The notes below the pieces were generated by a model. That model made no database searches. It was not told the DNA's origin and worked only from the letters and a program-made list of their open reading frames with translations. A stretch of DNA of 64,000 bases from a bacterium (GTDB lineage Bacteria; UBA8248), in assembly GCA_965200245.1 (NCBI GenBank), contig CBDATS010000002.1:256001-320000 (forward strand), in the 5' to 3' direction. This document shows, piece after piece, positions 50,273 to 60,595 of this stretch (the stretch's first letter is position 1; each line of letters begins with the position of its first letter). The position numbers were made by a program, and so were the translations under genes.

Positions 50273-52894
50273 TCACTTCACAATGATGTTCACCAGACGG
50301 CCCGGCACGACGATATGTTTCACGATCTCTTTGCCACTCAAGTAAGCTGCCGTTACGGCTCCCGCCTTTTTCTTCAATTCCTCCTCGGGCGCATGCGGCA
50401 ACGCCATGAACGTGCGCCTCGTTTTCCCGTTCACCTGTACCGCGAACTCCTTTTCCTCGGCGGCTATTGCCGCCTCGTCGACCGCCGGCCATGACTCCCG
50501 GAACACACTCACCTCTCCCTTGCCCCTTCCGAGAGCCTGCCAAAGTTCTTCCGCCACGTGGGGCGCCATGGGCGCCATGCAACAAAGGAGAATTTCGGCC
50601 GCCTCGCGCTGCACCCCATCCTCTGCCCCGGCTTCTGCGCGAAGCGAGGTGGCCAGTTCCATGATGCGCGCCACCGCCGTGTTGAAAGAAAAGGAGTTTT
50701 CATAAACTTCCGTTACAGCCTTCAAGGTGGCGTGGGTGTCGCGCCTGAGTTTTCTCCCCGAAGCGGACAACCCACTCCCATCACCGGCATAAACTTCTGT
50801 TTCCCGCCATGCCTCGAGTCGCTCGGAGAACGTGCCCCAAAGTCTTTGCAGGAATCGGTGCACACCGATCAGGCCGTCGTCACGCCATTCTTTCGAACGC
50901 TCGGGCGGACCGATGAAAAGCGTATATAACCTGCCTGCATCCGCCCCGTATTTTCCCGTGCACTCTTCAATCGACACACCGTTCATTTTCGACTTGCTCA
51001 TCGAAGCCATCTCGGCGAGCACCTTCTGCCCGGCTTCATAGCCGCTGCCACTGGGACCATCCGCTGTTACCACAAGGGATTCCTCATCCACGTCCTGATA
51101 AGGTACCCAAACGCGTCCGCGCGCATCGGCCACATAGTAGGCCATCCTGCATACCATGCCCTGGGTGAAGAGATTCCCGAACGGCTCCTCGAAGGAGACC
51201 AGACCCAAGTCATAGAGAACTTTTGTAAAAAACCGCGAATACAGGAGGTGCATCACGGCGTGTTCAGCGCCCCCGATGTACTGCGTCACCGGAAGCCAGC
51301 GGTTCACGTTTTCCGACTGGAAAACGGTGCCGTAATCACGAGGGCTGACATATCGCAGGTAATACCAGGATGAATCCACGAAGGTGTCCATCGTGTCGGT
51401 TTCGCGCCTCGCCGGCCTGCCGGTTTTCGGGCTGATGACGTTCACGAAATCTTCACTCTGGGCCAGGGGATTCCCGCCCCGGCCCGTGAACTCGACGTCG
51501 CGCGGGTGCATGACGGGCAGATGATCGTCCGGCACGGGGGTGATGCTGCCATCTCCTTCATAGATGACGGGTATCGGTACTCCCCAATACCGCTGTCGCG
51601 AAATGAGCCAGTCCCTGAGCCGCCAGTTGACAGTCTTGTCGCCAAACCCCTTTTCCGCAAAATAGTCGATCATTTTCGGATACGCTTCGCGATTCGGCTG
51701 GCCATCGAATGGGCCTGAATTTTCCATGACGCCGTCCTCGACGTATGCTTCCTCCATCGTGTCGCCTTCAAGCCCACCCTCGGGATGCTGGATTACCACC
51801 TTGACGGGAATGCCGTATTTTCTCGCGAAAAGAAAATCTCGTTGATCGTGTGCTGGCACGCCCATCACGATGCCCGTGCCATATTCCATCAGCGCGTAAT
51901 CGGCCACGAGCAAGGGAACGCGATCTCCATTGACGGGGTTGATGATGCAGTGGCCCGTCTCGACGCCCGTCTTTTCCTTCTCCTCGCTCATACGCTCCGC
52001 TGCGCTTTGAGCCTGCATGGCGTTTACGGCCTCACGAATGGAATCCGCCCGGGAATTCCCCTCGAGCAACTGATCGATCAGGGGATGCTCGGGGGCACAG
52101 ACCATAAAGGTAACGCCATAGACAGTATCTGGCCTGGTGGTGAAGACCGAGAGCGTCTCGCCAGTCGCTTCGAGCCTGAAATCGATTCGGGCCCCCTCAC
52201 TGCGCCCCAGCCAGTTTCTCTGTTGCTGCTTGACGTGTTCGGGCCAGCCGACAAGACCATCCAAATCGTCGAGCAAGCGCTGCGCATAATCGGTGATCTT
52301 CAGGAACCACTGGCTGAGCCACCGTTTTTCCACCTTGGCGCCGCTGCGCCAGGCTATGCCATCGTGAATCTGCTCGTTCGCGAGAACTGTGCCGTCCACC
52401 GGATCCCAGTTCACGAGGGCTTCACGCTTATACGCCAGACCATTCTCGAGCATCTTGAGGAAAATCCACTGCGTCCACCTGTAATAGCCGGGATGCGCGG
52501 TGGAAATCTCGCGCGGCCAGTCATAGGCTAGACCCGCCATGCGCAACTGGCGCCTCATGTTGTCGATGTTTCTTTTCGTCCAGGAGGCGGGGTGTACTCC
52601 CGCATTGATGGCGGCATTCTCCGCGGGCAGTCCCAAGGCGTCCCAACCCATTGGATGCAAGACCTCAAAACCACGCATTTTCCGGTAGCGGCTGATGGCG
52701 TCGCCCATCGTGTAGTTACACGCATGGCCCATGTGCAGATCGCCCGATGGGTAGGGAAACATCATCAGGGAATAATAGGTGGGCCTATCGCCCGGGTGGT
52801 CGGACGTTTCAAATGTTTTCTCTTCCGCCCAATGATTCTGCCACTTCGCTTCATAACTGGATGGACTATATTCGCCGAGCATGAATTTCCTCAA
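50273..52894 (-). CDS. leuS: Leucine--tRNA ligase
   Basis: MFPYPSGDLHMGH, FTTRPDT, DWLISRQRYWG, SMSKSK, VQVNGK, GRLVNIIV. Confidence 0.97.
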   Translation of the reverse strand: MRKFMLGEYSPSSYEAKWQNHWAEEKTFETSDHPGDRPTYYSLMMFPYPSGDLHMGHACNYTMGDAISRYRKMRGFEVLHPMGWDALGLPAENAAINAGVHPASWTKRNIDNMRRQLRMAGLAYDWPREISTAHPGYYRWTQWIFLKMLENGLAYKREALVNWDPVDGTVLANEQIHDGIAWRSGAKVEKRWLSQWFLKITDYAQRLLDDLDGLVGWPEHVKQQQRNWLGRSEGARIDFRLEATGETLSVFTTRPDTVYGVTFMVCAPEHPLIDQLLEGNSRADSIREAVNAMQAQSAAERMSEEKEKTGVETGHCIINPVNGDRVPLLVADYALMEYGTGIVMGVPAHDQRDFLFARKYGIPVKVVIQHPEGGLEGDTMEEAYVEDGVMENSGPFDGQPNREAYPKMIDYFAEKGFGDKTVNWRLRDWLISRQRYWGVPIPVIYEGDGSITPVPDDHLPVMHPRDVEFTGRGGNPLAQSEDFVNVISPKTGRPARRETDTMDTFVDSSWYYLRYVSPRDYGTVFQSENVNRWLPVTQYIGGAEHAVMHLLYSRFFTKVLYDLGLVSFEEPFGNLFTQGMVCRMAYYVADARGRVWVPYQDVDEESLVVTADGPSGSGYEAGQKVLAEMASMSKSKMNGVSIEECTGKYGADAGRLYTLFIGPPERSKEWRDDGLIGVHRFLQRLWGTFSERLEAWRETEVYAGDGSGLSASGRKLRRDTHATLKAVTEVYENSFSFNTAVARIMELATSLRAEAGAEDGVQREAAEILLCCMAPMAPHVAEELWQALGRGKGEVSVFRESWPAVDEAAIAAEEKEFAVQVNGKTRRTFMALPHAPEEELKKKAGAVTAAYLSGKEIVKHIVVPGRLVNIIVK

Positions 52895-53050
52895 ATTCCG
52901 GTATAAATCCTCAAACCTTCAGGCAGACGTTATGCCCGTTACAAATGGTTTGCACTGCTTCACCCGAGACCACTCCGTTATGGGGACCATCTCCCCCATT
53001 ACCCTGTCGAGAATTACCGCCGGGAGATTCGCCTCGGTTTTCCGTCTACA

Positions 53051-53380
53051 TCAATTCCAGCGTGAAACGCATGGTCTTCCACCGGAATATGGCCCTACCT
53101 TTTTCACAAGATAATCGATTCGCACGCCCTCAGGTTCCCTGAACCAGTCGGCACCTTTCATCTCTCCTTCATATCGCGCGCCTTCTTTTACCGGCAATGG
53201 CTCTCCACAAGGGGGAAAAACTCCCTTTTCTTCGAGTTGTCCACAGGGAAAGCCGAACTGGCGGAAATACCCCGTCCTCAATTTCCCGAACCATACACAA
53301 TAGACCGAGTGGTGCACCACACCCATCTGGTCGATTCTGCATACCTTACACGGCATTCAGTGGAAAGAGCCAAATCAGAT
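53051..53380 (-). pseudogene. Acyl-CoA thioesterase (YbgC/4HBT family) pseudogene
   Basis: CRVRYAE, then a frameshift, then DQMGVVHHSVY.VWF...RT.YFR..G; downstream part degenerate. Confidence 0.65.
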
Positions 53381-53395
53381 GAACCTAATGAGCGG

Positions 53396-54787
53396 CTACA
53401 TGAACAGAAACAAGCGGGCAATGTTAAAGTATATCAAAAGTCCCAGCACATCGACTCCGGTAGTCACGAAAGGTCCCGTCGCCACGGCAGGGTCAACACG
53501 AAACCGATGAAGCACGAGTGGCAAAACCGATGCGAGAAGAGCAGAGAACATCATCACGACGCAAATCGCCAAACCCACGACGAAACCCAACCACGCGACG
53601 GAGGCGAACTGGTACGTCGCCAATAACCCCAACAAAAAGCCATAGCAAATGCCCAAAAGCGTTCCGACGGTCACCTCTTTCGTGATAATACGTAGCCACG
53701 ATTTGGGATCGATGCGACCAGTCGCCAATCCACGGACCACGATGGTCGCGCTTTGGGTTCCCACGTTGCCCGCCATGCCGATAATCACCGGCATGAACGC
53801 GGCGAGTGCCACGATTTTGCTCAGATGATCTGAATACTGATGAATCAACTGAGCGGCGAGAATACCGCCCAGCCAGCTGAAAAACAGCCAGGGCAAGCGA
53901 ATCCAGGCTAGACGCCTTGCAGAGAGCGAGGTCACCTCATCTTTATATGAGTGTGTTCCCGCCATTTTCAGAATATCCTCGGTCGCTTCCTCTCTTATGA
54001 CGTCGAGGACATCATCCACTGTGATGATGCCGACCAAGATGTTGTCGTCATCCACAACAGGTATGGCCAGAATGTTATAGCGAGAAACGACGCGCGCGAC
54101 ATGTTCCTGGTCGGCATGCACGTTTTCGCTCCAGACATTGGTGATCATGATTTCAGACAAAGTCTTGGACGGATCCGCCAGCAAGAGTTGTCGAAGGGAA
54201 ATCACCCCCCTCAGACAACCATTCGAATCAATTACGTAGACATAGAAAATGTAGTCCACCTCGCTGGCTTTCCGCACCCGGGAGATGGCCTCATTAACCG
54301 TGAGTTCCTCAGGAAGGGCCACATAGGAATCCGTCATGATGGCACCTGCGGTTTCCGGTATATATGCCATCATGTCCTGTATGGCTTCTGTTTCCGGCGC
54401 GTCGAGGAGTGCAACGATTTCCTGGGAACGCTCTTCGGGCAGGGTTTCCAGAATATATCTCGCGTCGTCGCTGTCCAATTCCTTTATTAGAGGAACGACG
54501 TTCTCGTTCGTTACCGGTTCCAGGAGTTCCCGTACGATGTGTGAATCCGATTCCGTCAGAATGGATGCACGGTGTTCCCGGCTTCTGACAAGTGAAAAAG
54601 CTTCCTGGCGTTCTTCGGGTAGAAAATGCTGAAATATCTGAGCCACTTCGGCTGCGTGCATTTTTTCCAGCGCATTGGAAAGATTGGCATCAGCCTTATG
54701 CCTTAACAGCCGACGTACCATATCTTCTACGCGGAGTAGTCTCGGATCACGCTCGTTCACCATGGCGGACGTCCCAAAATCAAGCAA
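53396..54787 (-). CDS. mgtE: Magnesium transporter MgtE
   Basis: CBS pair (ETAGAIMT, GIITVDDVLD), RLPWL, GNVGTQ, DPAVATGPFVTT. Confidence 0.95.
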   Translation of the reverse strand: MLDFGTSAMVNERDPRLLRVEDMVRRLLRHKADANLSNALEKMHAAEVAQIFQHFLPEERQEAFSLVRSREHRASILTESDSHIVRELLEPVTNENVVPLIKELDSDDARYILETLPEERSQEIVALLDAPETEAIQDMMAYIPETAGAIMTDSYVALPEELTVNEAISRVRKASEVDYIFYVYVIDSNGCLRGVISLRQLLLADPSKTLSEIMITNVWSENVHADQEHVARVVSRYNILAIPVVDDDNILVGIITVDDVLDVIREEATEDILKMAGTHSYKDEVTSLSARRLAWIRLPWLFFSWLGGILAAQLIHQYSDHLSKIVALAAFMPVIIGMAGNVGTQSATIVVRGLATGRIDPKSWLRIITKEVTVGTLLGICYGFLLGLLATYQFASVAWLGFVVGLAICVVMMFSALLASVLPLVLHRFRVDPAVATGPFVTTGVDVLGLLIYFNIARLFLFM

Positions 54788-54957
54788 TCCCAGCGTCTCT
54801 AGGGCGTGAGTCTATGGGACGCCATGGGCAGTGTCAATCATCTTGTATTACGTGTAAACTTGGCATATTCTGATTGTCAGTTGCTGGTTGAACCGCCGGA
54901 TACCATTACCCTCACGGCTACTCGAGAACGTCCATCTGCTTTAGGGAGTGCTCTACT

Positions 54958-56673
54958 ATCGCTAGACTCCATGGTCGACTAACCGGTCTCAAACCAAAGC
55001 AAATCAAAGCTTTAGAAAGGTTGTACCGACGGAAGATACCCCTTGGTCAATTCGTTCACCTGGAACTTGGCCGTGAGTTGGCCCTCTTGTCGCATGAAAT
55101 TTCCCGTCAGATCGGTCTGCTCATCGACCGGCTCGGTGTAGTGCGCCATGTGATCATCGGAGATGCGCGAGGGATCGGAATACCGGAGTTGGGCCGTGCG
55201 CGCTCCGGAATGGCCAGACTCAGGGGTCTTCGGTGCGTGCACACCCACTTGAACGCCTCTCCCCTTTCCCAGGAAGACCTGACGGACATGGCCCTCTTGC
55301 GCCTCGACGCAATGGGGCTGATTGAAGTCCTTGGAGACGGGAGCGCGGGGCAATTTCATTTTGCCCACATCACACCTCGGCCTGCCGAGGAGAGTGCACA
55401 AGCCAACGGCCACTTTACTTTTGTGGAAAACCGCGTTCCGTGGGAAATCCAGTCGTTTCCCAATCTCGAATCGAATCGGGTAGACATCCATACACTCATT
55501 AATTCTCTCGAGAGTGAGTTCACCCGTCTGCAGAAATCATCCATCCATGTTGAGGAAGGAGAACGCGCCTTATTGGTGCATCTTGACACTGGTCTGAATA
55601 CGAGTCGTTCCCCTGAAGTCGAGTTAGAGGAATTGTCCTTACTGACCCGGGAGGCAGGTTTCATCCCCTGCGGACGGGTTCTCCAGCGTCGCAAGAAGCC
55701 GGATCCTCGTTTCGTCATAGGCAAGGGCCGGCTGGCGGAAGTCCTGATGAATTCGATGCAGGTGGGAGCCGAGGCGCTGTTCTTCACCAACGAGTTGACG
55801 CCCTCACAAATTAAGAATTTATCTGAATTCACCGATCTGAAAATCCTTGATCGGACGCAAATCATTCTCGACATTTTCGCGCAAAGAGCAAGAAGCCGCG
55901 TGGGGAAACTCCAGGTGGAACTGGCGCTGCTGCGATACACGCTGCCCCGCATCTCCACCCAGCATACGGCATTGAGCAGACTCACAGGTGGCATCGGCGG
56001 TAGAGGACCCGGTGAAACGAAGCTGGAAATTCACCGCCGGCGCGCATTCGAGCGCATTCGCAGAGTGGAGAAAGAACTCGAGAATTTACAAAGAAAACGC
56101 TCCCAAGGTAGAAGGCTCCGCCAGCGGCGCCAGGTACCGATTCTTTCCCTGGTAGGCTATACCAACGCCGGAAAATCCACACTGCTCAACGCCCTGACAG
56201 ACAGCGACGTCATGGCCGGGGACCGGCTTTTCGCCACCCTGGACACATCGAGCCGCAGACTCAGGCTTCCCCGCGAACAGGAAGTCATCATCACGGATAC
56301 CGTCGGTTTCATTCACAACCTCCCCCGGGAATTGACAGGGGCGTTCCGCGCGACATTGGAAGAGTTGAGCGAAGCGGATCTCCTGCTTCATGTTGTGGAT
56401 GCCTCATCCCCCCATTGTGAGGACAACCTGAATTCGGTAGAAAAAATCCTGGACGGGATCGGACCTGTCGGCACACCTGTCATTCGGGTTTTCAATAAAA
56501 TGGACCAGACCGATGACATACGTCTGGCCAACCTGTGCCGCCGGTTCGATGGTATCGCAGTGAGCGGCATGGACCCCGAAAGTCTTGTTCCGCTAGTAAA
56601 CGAGGCCGCCGACCGCTTATCGAGTATGGACCGGCAAGATGAGAAACAAGAATACGAACAAATCGCAAATTAA
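54958..56673 (+). CDS. hflX: GTPase HflX, long form (probable ATC start)
   Basis: [20 protein letters not shown]-terminus, [36 protein letters not shown]. Confidence 0.92.
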   Translation: MARLHGRLTGLKPKQIKALERLYRRKIPLGQFVHLELGRELALLSHEISRQIGLLIDRLGVVRHVIIGDARGIGIPELGRARSGMARLRGLRCVHTHLNASPLSQEDLTDMALLRLDAMGLIEVLGDGSAGQFHFAHITPRPAEESAQANGHFTFVENRVPWEIQSFPNLESNRVDIHTLINSLESEFTRLQKSSIHVEEGERALLVHLDTGLNTSRSPEVELEELSLLTREAGFIPCGRVLQRRKKPDPRFVIGKGRLAEVLMNSMQVGAEALFFTNELTPSQIKNLSEFTDLKILDRTQIILDIFAQRARSRVGKLQVELALLRYTLPRISTQHTALSRLTGGIGGRGPGETKLEIHRRRAFERIRRVEKELENLQRKRSQGRRLRQRRQVPILSLVGYTNAGKSTLLNALTDSDVMAGDRLFATLDTSSRRLRLPREQEVIITDTVGFIHNLPRELTGAFRATLEELSEADLLLHVVDASSPHCEDNLNSVEKILDGIGPVGTPVIRVFNKMDQTDDIRLANLCRRFDGIAVSGMDPESLVPLVNEAADRLSSMDRQDEKQEYEQIAN

Positions 56674-56691
56674 TTCTCTCCTGAATAAAAC

Positions 56692-57686
56692 GAGTTACTG
56701 TCAAATCCGGTGTACGGCCGTCCCGAGTCCGGCGGCCTCCCTGCCCGTTTCGTTTTCCTTCACCCCATCGGTGAACCTCACGTCGGCGATCACGTCTGCC
56801 AGGCAGTGGAAGCCGTTCAGCCTGCGCCACCGCTTCTGCGCACTCATGGCGAGCCGGTGCACGGGACCGGGCGCCGTCCTCCCGCTCAGGCAGTTCCCCG
56901 TCTTCGCCGTACACAGCCGGATGGTGGCGAAGGTCGACTCGCGGGGATTCGTCGTCCGCAGATGCCTCCGGTGGGCTGCGGGGAAGTCGTGGAAGGCGGG
57001 CAGTTCCCCGCGGTCCCCCGCCAGGCATTCCGCAACCCTGGGATACTTCGCCTCCTCCTGCACGCGTCCGGGCATCCTGTCGGGCACGTTCGCCGTCCTG
57101 TGCACCCGGCAGCGCTGTCCCCGGGTCTCGGGATACACCTCGGCCAGGGCCGACCGGAACCCCGGCCCCCCCGTCGCCCACCGCCGGCCCTGCCGCCTTC
57201 ACACCCCGGTCCCTTGAACTCAGAAGAACAGCCTTCCAGCTCTCCCTCGACTCGCGGAACCCCGCCTCCAGGGCCAGGAAGTGCCTGCGACCACGCGTGT
57301 CGCAGCCCACTGCCACCAGGAGACACCTTCTCTCCCCGCTGCGCACGTTCACGCAGATCCCGTCCCCTCCCCGGTCGCGCTCGCGCCACTGGGCGTACCC
57401 GCGTTCCCGGCCCTCCTTCAGCCGCGCAACCGTCGCCGGGGACAGGCCACGCGCCGACCCGAAGTCGTTCGTTGACACCCCCTTGCACCGGAACCAGGGA
57501 ATCACCGCCTCCACACGCCCCGTCTTCTTCAGGCAGGGGGGCAGCAGCTCCGGGCGGAAGCACCGGCCCGCGGCGACCCTGTCCCGCGTCCGCGGCACAC
57601 GGACCCGTACCGGGCCGATCCCCGTCAGTACCTCCCGGGACGGGAGCCAGCCGTTGCGCACGGGGGCGCGGCGACCCCGGGCGTCG
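56692..57686 (-). mobile_element. Degenerate IS256-family element (one terminal IR, frameshifted transposase, 5' end deleted)
   Basis: [52 protein letters not shown]; end GAGTTACTGTCAAATCCGGTGTA. Confidence 0.85.
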
Positions 57687-58360
57687 CGCGCCCATATCCA
57701 GGCGATCACTGTCGTCTCCCCGCCACCATGCTCCCTAGGCAGATCCACCTGCGGATACAGATGGCCGATGCGCTCGAAGGCCCGCTCCCGCATCCAGGCT
57801 CCGTAGTATTTGACATCCTCGGCCAGGCCCTCGGCGTTCCGGTAGTGATTGCGCTCTTTCGGACCCGGATGCGCCGGTTCGCGGTCCTTGAACAGCGGGG
57901 GAATCTCGATCATCGCCTTGCCAATCACGACGGCCACGGGGTTCAGATCGCTGCCGTAGGCGGGAAGTCCCAGACGCTGTGCCTCAAGTGGAATGGAGCC
58001 GCCACCCGAGAAGGGGTCGTAGACGGGAGGCAGTTCACCATTACAATTCCTGACAATCTCGGCACGGGCGCGTGCGAGCACCTCCTCGTTGGTCGAGTTT
58101 TCCCATTTCACGAGATATTCTATTATGGCGAAGAGCCGTCGGCGTTCAGTCTCCACGGTCTCTTGCGTGGGGAATCTATCGGGATGAGCCGAGGGGTCGT
58201 CCACCAGTTGCGCGAACAGTACCGCACGGCAGGTTGCCAGCGGCCTCCTGGCCCACCATAGGTGCAGCGTGGAGGGATGGCAGTGGCGGATCGATTTTTC
58301 CCGCAATGAAGCGGCGTTGATCGCATCAAGCGGAAGCGCGACCTCGATCAGTTTTTCGTT
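57687..58360 (-). pseudogene. DUF1156 adenine DNA methyltransferase, N-terminal fragment
   Basis: [44 protein letters not shown]; cut at WIWAR by the IS256 relic; no clean start. Confidence 0.85.
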
Positions 58361-59387
58361 ATCTGGTGGCTACCAGCCCGGCCGCTTTCGAAATGCTCCT
58401 GGCCAGTTCTTTGTAATCACGGTATGCGTTGGTTACGGCCACCGAATGGCTGCCTATGGCACCATCGGCAGGAGTCAAATGAAAAATCGGTTTACGGGTC
58501 TCCTGGGCCATTGGCACGAGACTACGGTAATGACGAATCGTGGACAGGCAATGAACGTCTACCCCTGGCGTAGGTGTAGGCGTAGGTGTAAGTGGCGGTA
58601 CGTCGGTTTTGCCCAGCAACATCCTGGCATATTCCCGTGGCATTCTGTTAACCCACTTGTCATAGGCCTTGACCGGACGATCAAGCCTGATCCCGTGCTG
58701 CTGAATAATGTACCCTACGGGCTGCATGCTGCCCTCCGGCAGCAAAAATTCCGGGCGTTCCCAGTTATCCAGGCGCTTTCTCCAGTCCTGACGCCATTGG
58801 TGCAACGTCGGCCCGAGGTTTCTCAGTCCCTGGAGTGAGAAGATGTCCGCCGCGAGAGGCACGATGACCTTGTCCGTCGCAATCAAAGCGGAGCGGTTGA
58901 TTGCTCCCAGGTTGGGGCCGACATCGGCGATAATCACTGTTGCATCGCATTGTTTCGCCCCGTCCTGCATGATTATCCAGAAGCTGGACAGAATACGAAA
59001 TGCCCGATAAAGGCTATCGGAGCCGAGAGCGTTGGGCCACTGCTCCGAGAGCGTGCTTTCGAAACCGGACAGTGCCAAGTCGCCCGGCAGCAAGGAGAGG
59101 GACGGTGAAATGCCCTGAACTTTCGGTGAGAGGAGATCGCCGACTTCCGTGAGCGGCTTGACGCACTGGAATATGGTGGCACCGCGATTTTCCGTTTTTC
59201 CCCCGTCCCAGATTTCTTCCAGCGTATCTTCATCGAGAAACGCGGCCGTCAGATTGGCCTGCGGATCCAGATCGCACACGAGCACAATATGGCCGATTTC
59301 TGACAGCATCCAGGCCAGATGATAGGCGAGCGAGGTCTTGCCCACGCCGCCCTTGTTGTTGAAAAAAGTGAGAACCGGAACACTCAT
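58359..59387 (-). CDS. ParA/Soj family ATPase (defence-island type)
   Basis: [30 protein letters not shown]. Confidence 0.9.
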   Translation of the reverse strand: MSVPVLTFFNNKGGVGKTSLAYHLAWMLSEIGHIVLVCDLDPQANLTAAFLDEDTLEEIWDGGKTENRGATIFQCVKPLTEVGDLLSPKVQGISPSLSLLPGDLALSGFESTLSEQWPNALGSDSLYRAFRILSSFWIIMQDGAKQCDATVIIADVGPNLGAINRSALIATDKVIVPLAADIFSLQGLRNLGPTLHQWRQDWRKRLDNWERPEFLLPEGSMQPVGYIIQQHGIRLDRPVKAYDKWVNRMPREYARMLLGKTDVPPLTPTPTPTPGVDVHCLSTIRHYRSLVPMAQETRKPIFHLTPADGAIGSHSVAVTNAYRDYKELARSISKAAGLVATR

Positions 59388-60595
59388 CCGCTCTTTCCTT
59401 CGATAGTAGCCAGAATGAAGTTGTCGTCCACGTCAAATCGAAGTTCCGGGTTTCCATTGTCGACAAGCGCCTTTTGCGCACTGGCGATGCCTACCCCGAA
59501 ACGTTGCACGAAACCAGACACTTTCATCGCTTCCGCCAGGTTGGGGTTACGGTAGTCGGTAATACCGGGCCGCCCGAAATTCTCCCGCGTCACGCTGCCG
59601 AACGGTCCGCCGGGACTCTGGAACTCAATGCGATCGTTGAACCATGTAATCCGCACCGGCGCGTTCGTGTGTTCGTAAGTCCGGTGCATGATGGCATTCC
59701 GCGAAATCTGCTGAAGGGCGACCAGCGGATAGGACGGCAAACGAAGTTCTGTACCAGACCTCGTCAGCTCGACTCGTGTTTGGATGTGCGCCTTCATCTT
59801 ATCATCCATTCGCCTGATCACCATGGCCAAGTCACCGCTAATCTCTTCTGCATCGATTACGACATCGGACAATTCCGTCCCGTCAATACGGAGAAACTGG
59901 ACCCATGCGTTGGGAATATAATCACGCGGACTTATACCGAGGGTTAAGAGACCGAGAACGGTCGGTATGGGATCATCGGCGGAAGCGACCATCTTCGTGG
60001 CCGCAAGACGCTCACTCAGGCTTCTGTCATTTTCCTCGAGCGTCTCCGCACTGAATGCCCTCGGCAGGTATTCATTTTCAAATTGATAGCGATTCAGGTT
60101 CGAGAGATCGGCGGTCGGCACGGGTCGGACATCAAAAGGTGTATCCAGGGCACGTCTTTTCTCGTTCAGAATTCGTTCATCCTGCGCCGTCGCAACCCCG
60201 CGTCTCGAGCTAATCCTTACATGAATGCTCCCTTGGTAACGCACCGGAGGAGAATCCGACGGCATGACGGTAACCACGGCCACCTCGCTACCCATCATCT
60301 CTCTCTTCTCGACCAGCATGACAGGAGGCGGCACTATCTGGCCGTCACTCTTCACGTCGGCAAGCTGGCGCAAAATCTCATCCGTAATTCGCAGGCCCGC
60401 TGGTTGTCTTCTATCGTCCACACCCACAAACAAGATACCTGGCTGGCCGGTGCCTGCCAAGTCGTTGGCGAAGGCACAAACCGCTTCCCGAATCCTCTGT
60501 GGCGTTTGCTGCCCACTCAGACTTTCCTTGAACTCGACGCGATAATTCTCCCCTTCTTCGAGAAATTTCCCGAGTTCCTGATCATTCAATCTCAT
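59384..60595 (-). CDS. AlbA_2 (Schlafen-like) domain plus HATPase_c_4 protein
   Basis: VEFKES, VCAFAND, LFVGVDD; NAIMHR.Y, SPGG, YRNPNLA, QRFGVGI. Confidence 0.85.
   Translation of the reverse strand: MRLNDQELGKFLEEGENYRVEFKESLSGQQTPQRIREAVCAFANDLAGTGQPGILFVGVDDRRQPAGLRITDEILRQLADVKSDGQIVPPPVMLVEKREMMGSEVAVVTVMPSDSPPVRYQGSIHVRISSRRGVATAQDERILNEKRRALDTPFDVRPVPTADLSNLNRYQFENEYLPRAFSAETLEENDRSLSERLAATKMVASADDPIPTVLGLLTLGISPRDYIPNAWVQFLRIDGTELSDVVIDAEEISGDLAMVIRRMDDKMKAHIQTRVELTRSGTELRLPSYPLVALQQISRNAIMHRTYEHTNAPVRITWFNDRIEFQSPGGPFGSVTRENFGRPGITDYRNPNLAEAMKVSGFVQRFGVGIASAQKALVDNGNPELRFDVDDNFILATIEGKSG

Noticed and set aside
50985-51010. LeuRS SMSKS instead of KMSKS
   Set aside because: A known natural variant; the catalytic second Lys is retained.
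56492-58306. 604-aa ORF that looks like a methylase-transposase fusion
   Set aside because: Chance in-frame junction between a truncated DUF1156 gene and a frameshifted IS256 relic; the C-terminal part runs out of the transposase frame.
58560-58600. PTPTPTP repeat in ParA as a contingency locus
   Set aside because: Imperfect in-frame 6-nt units in a probable loop; length change would not shift the frame.
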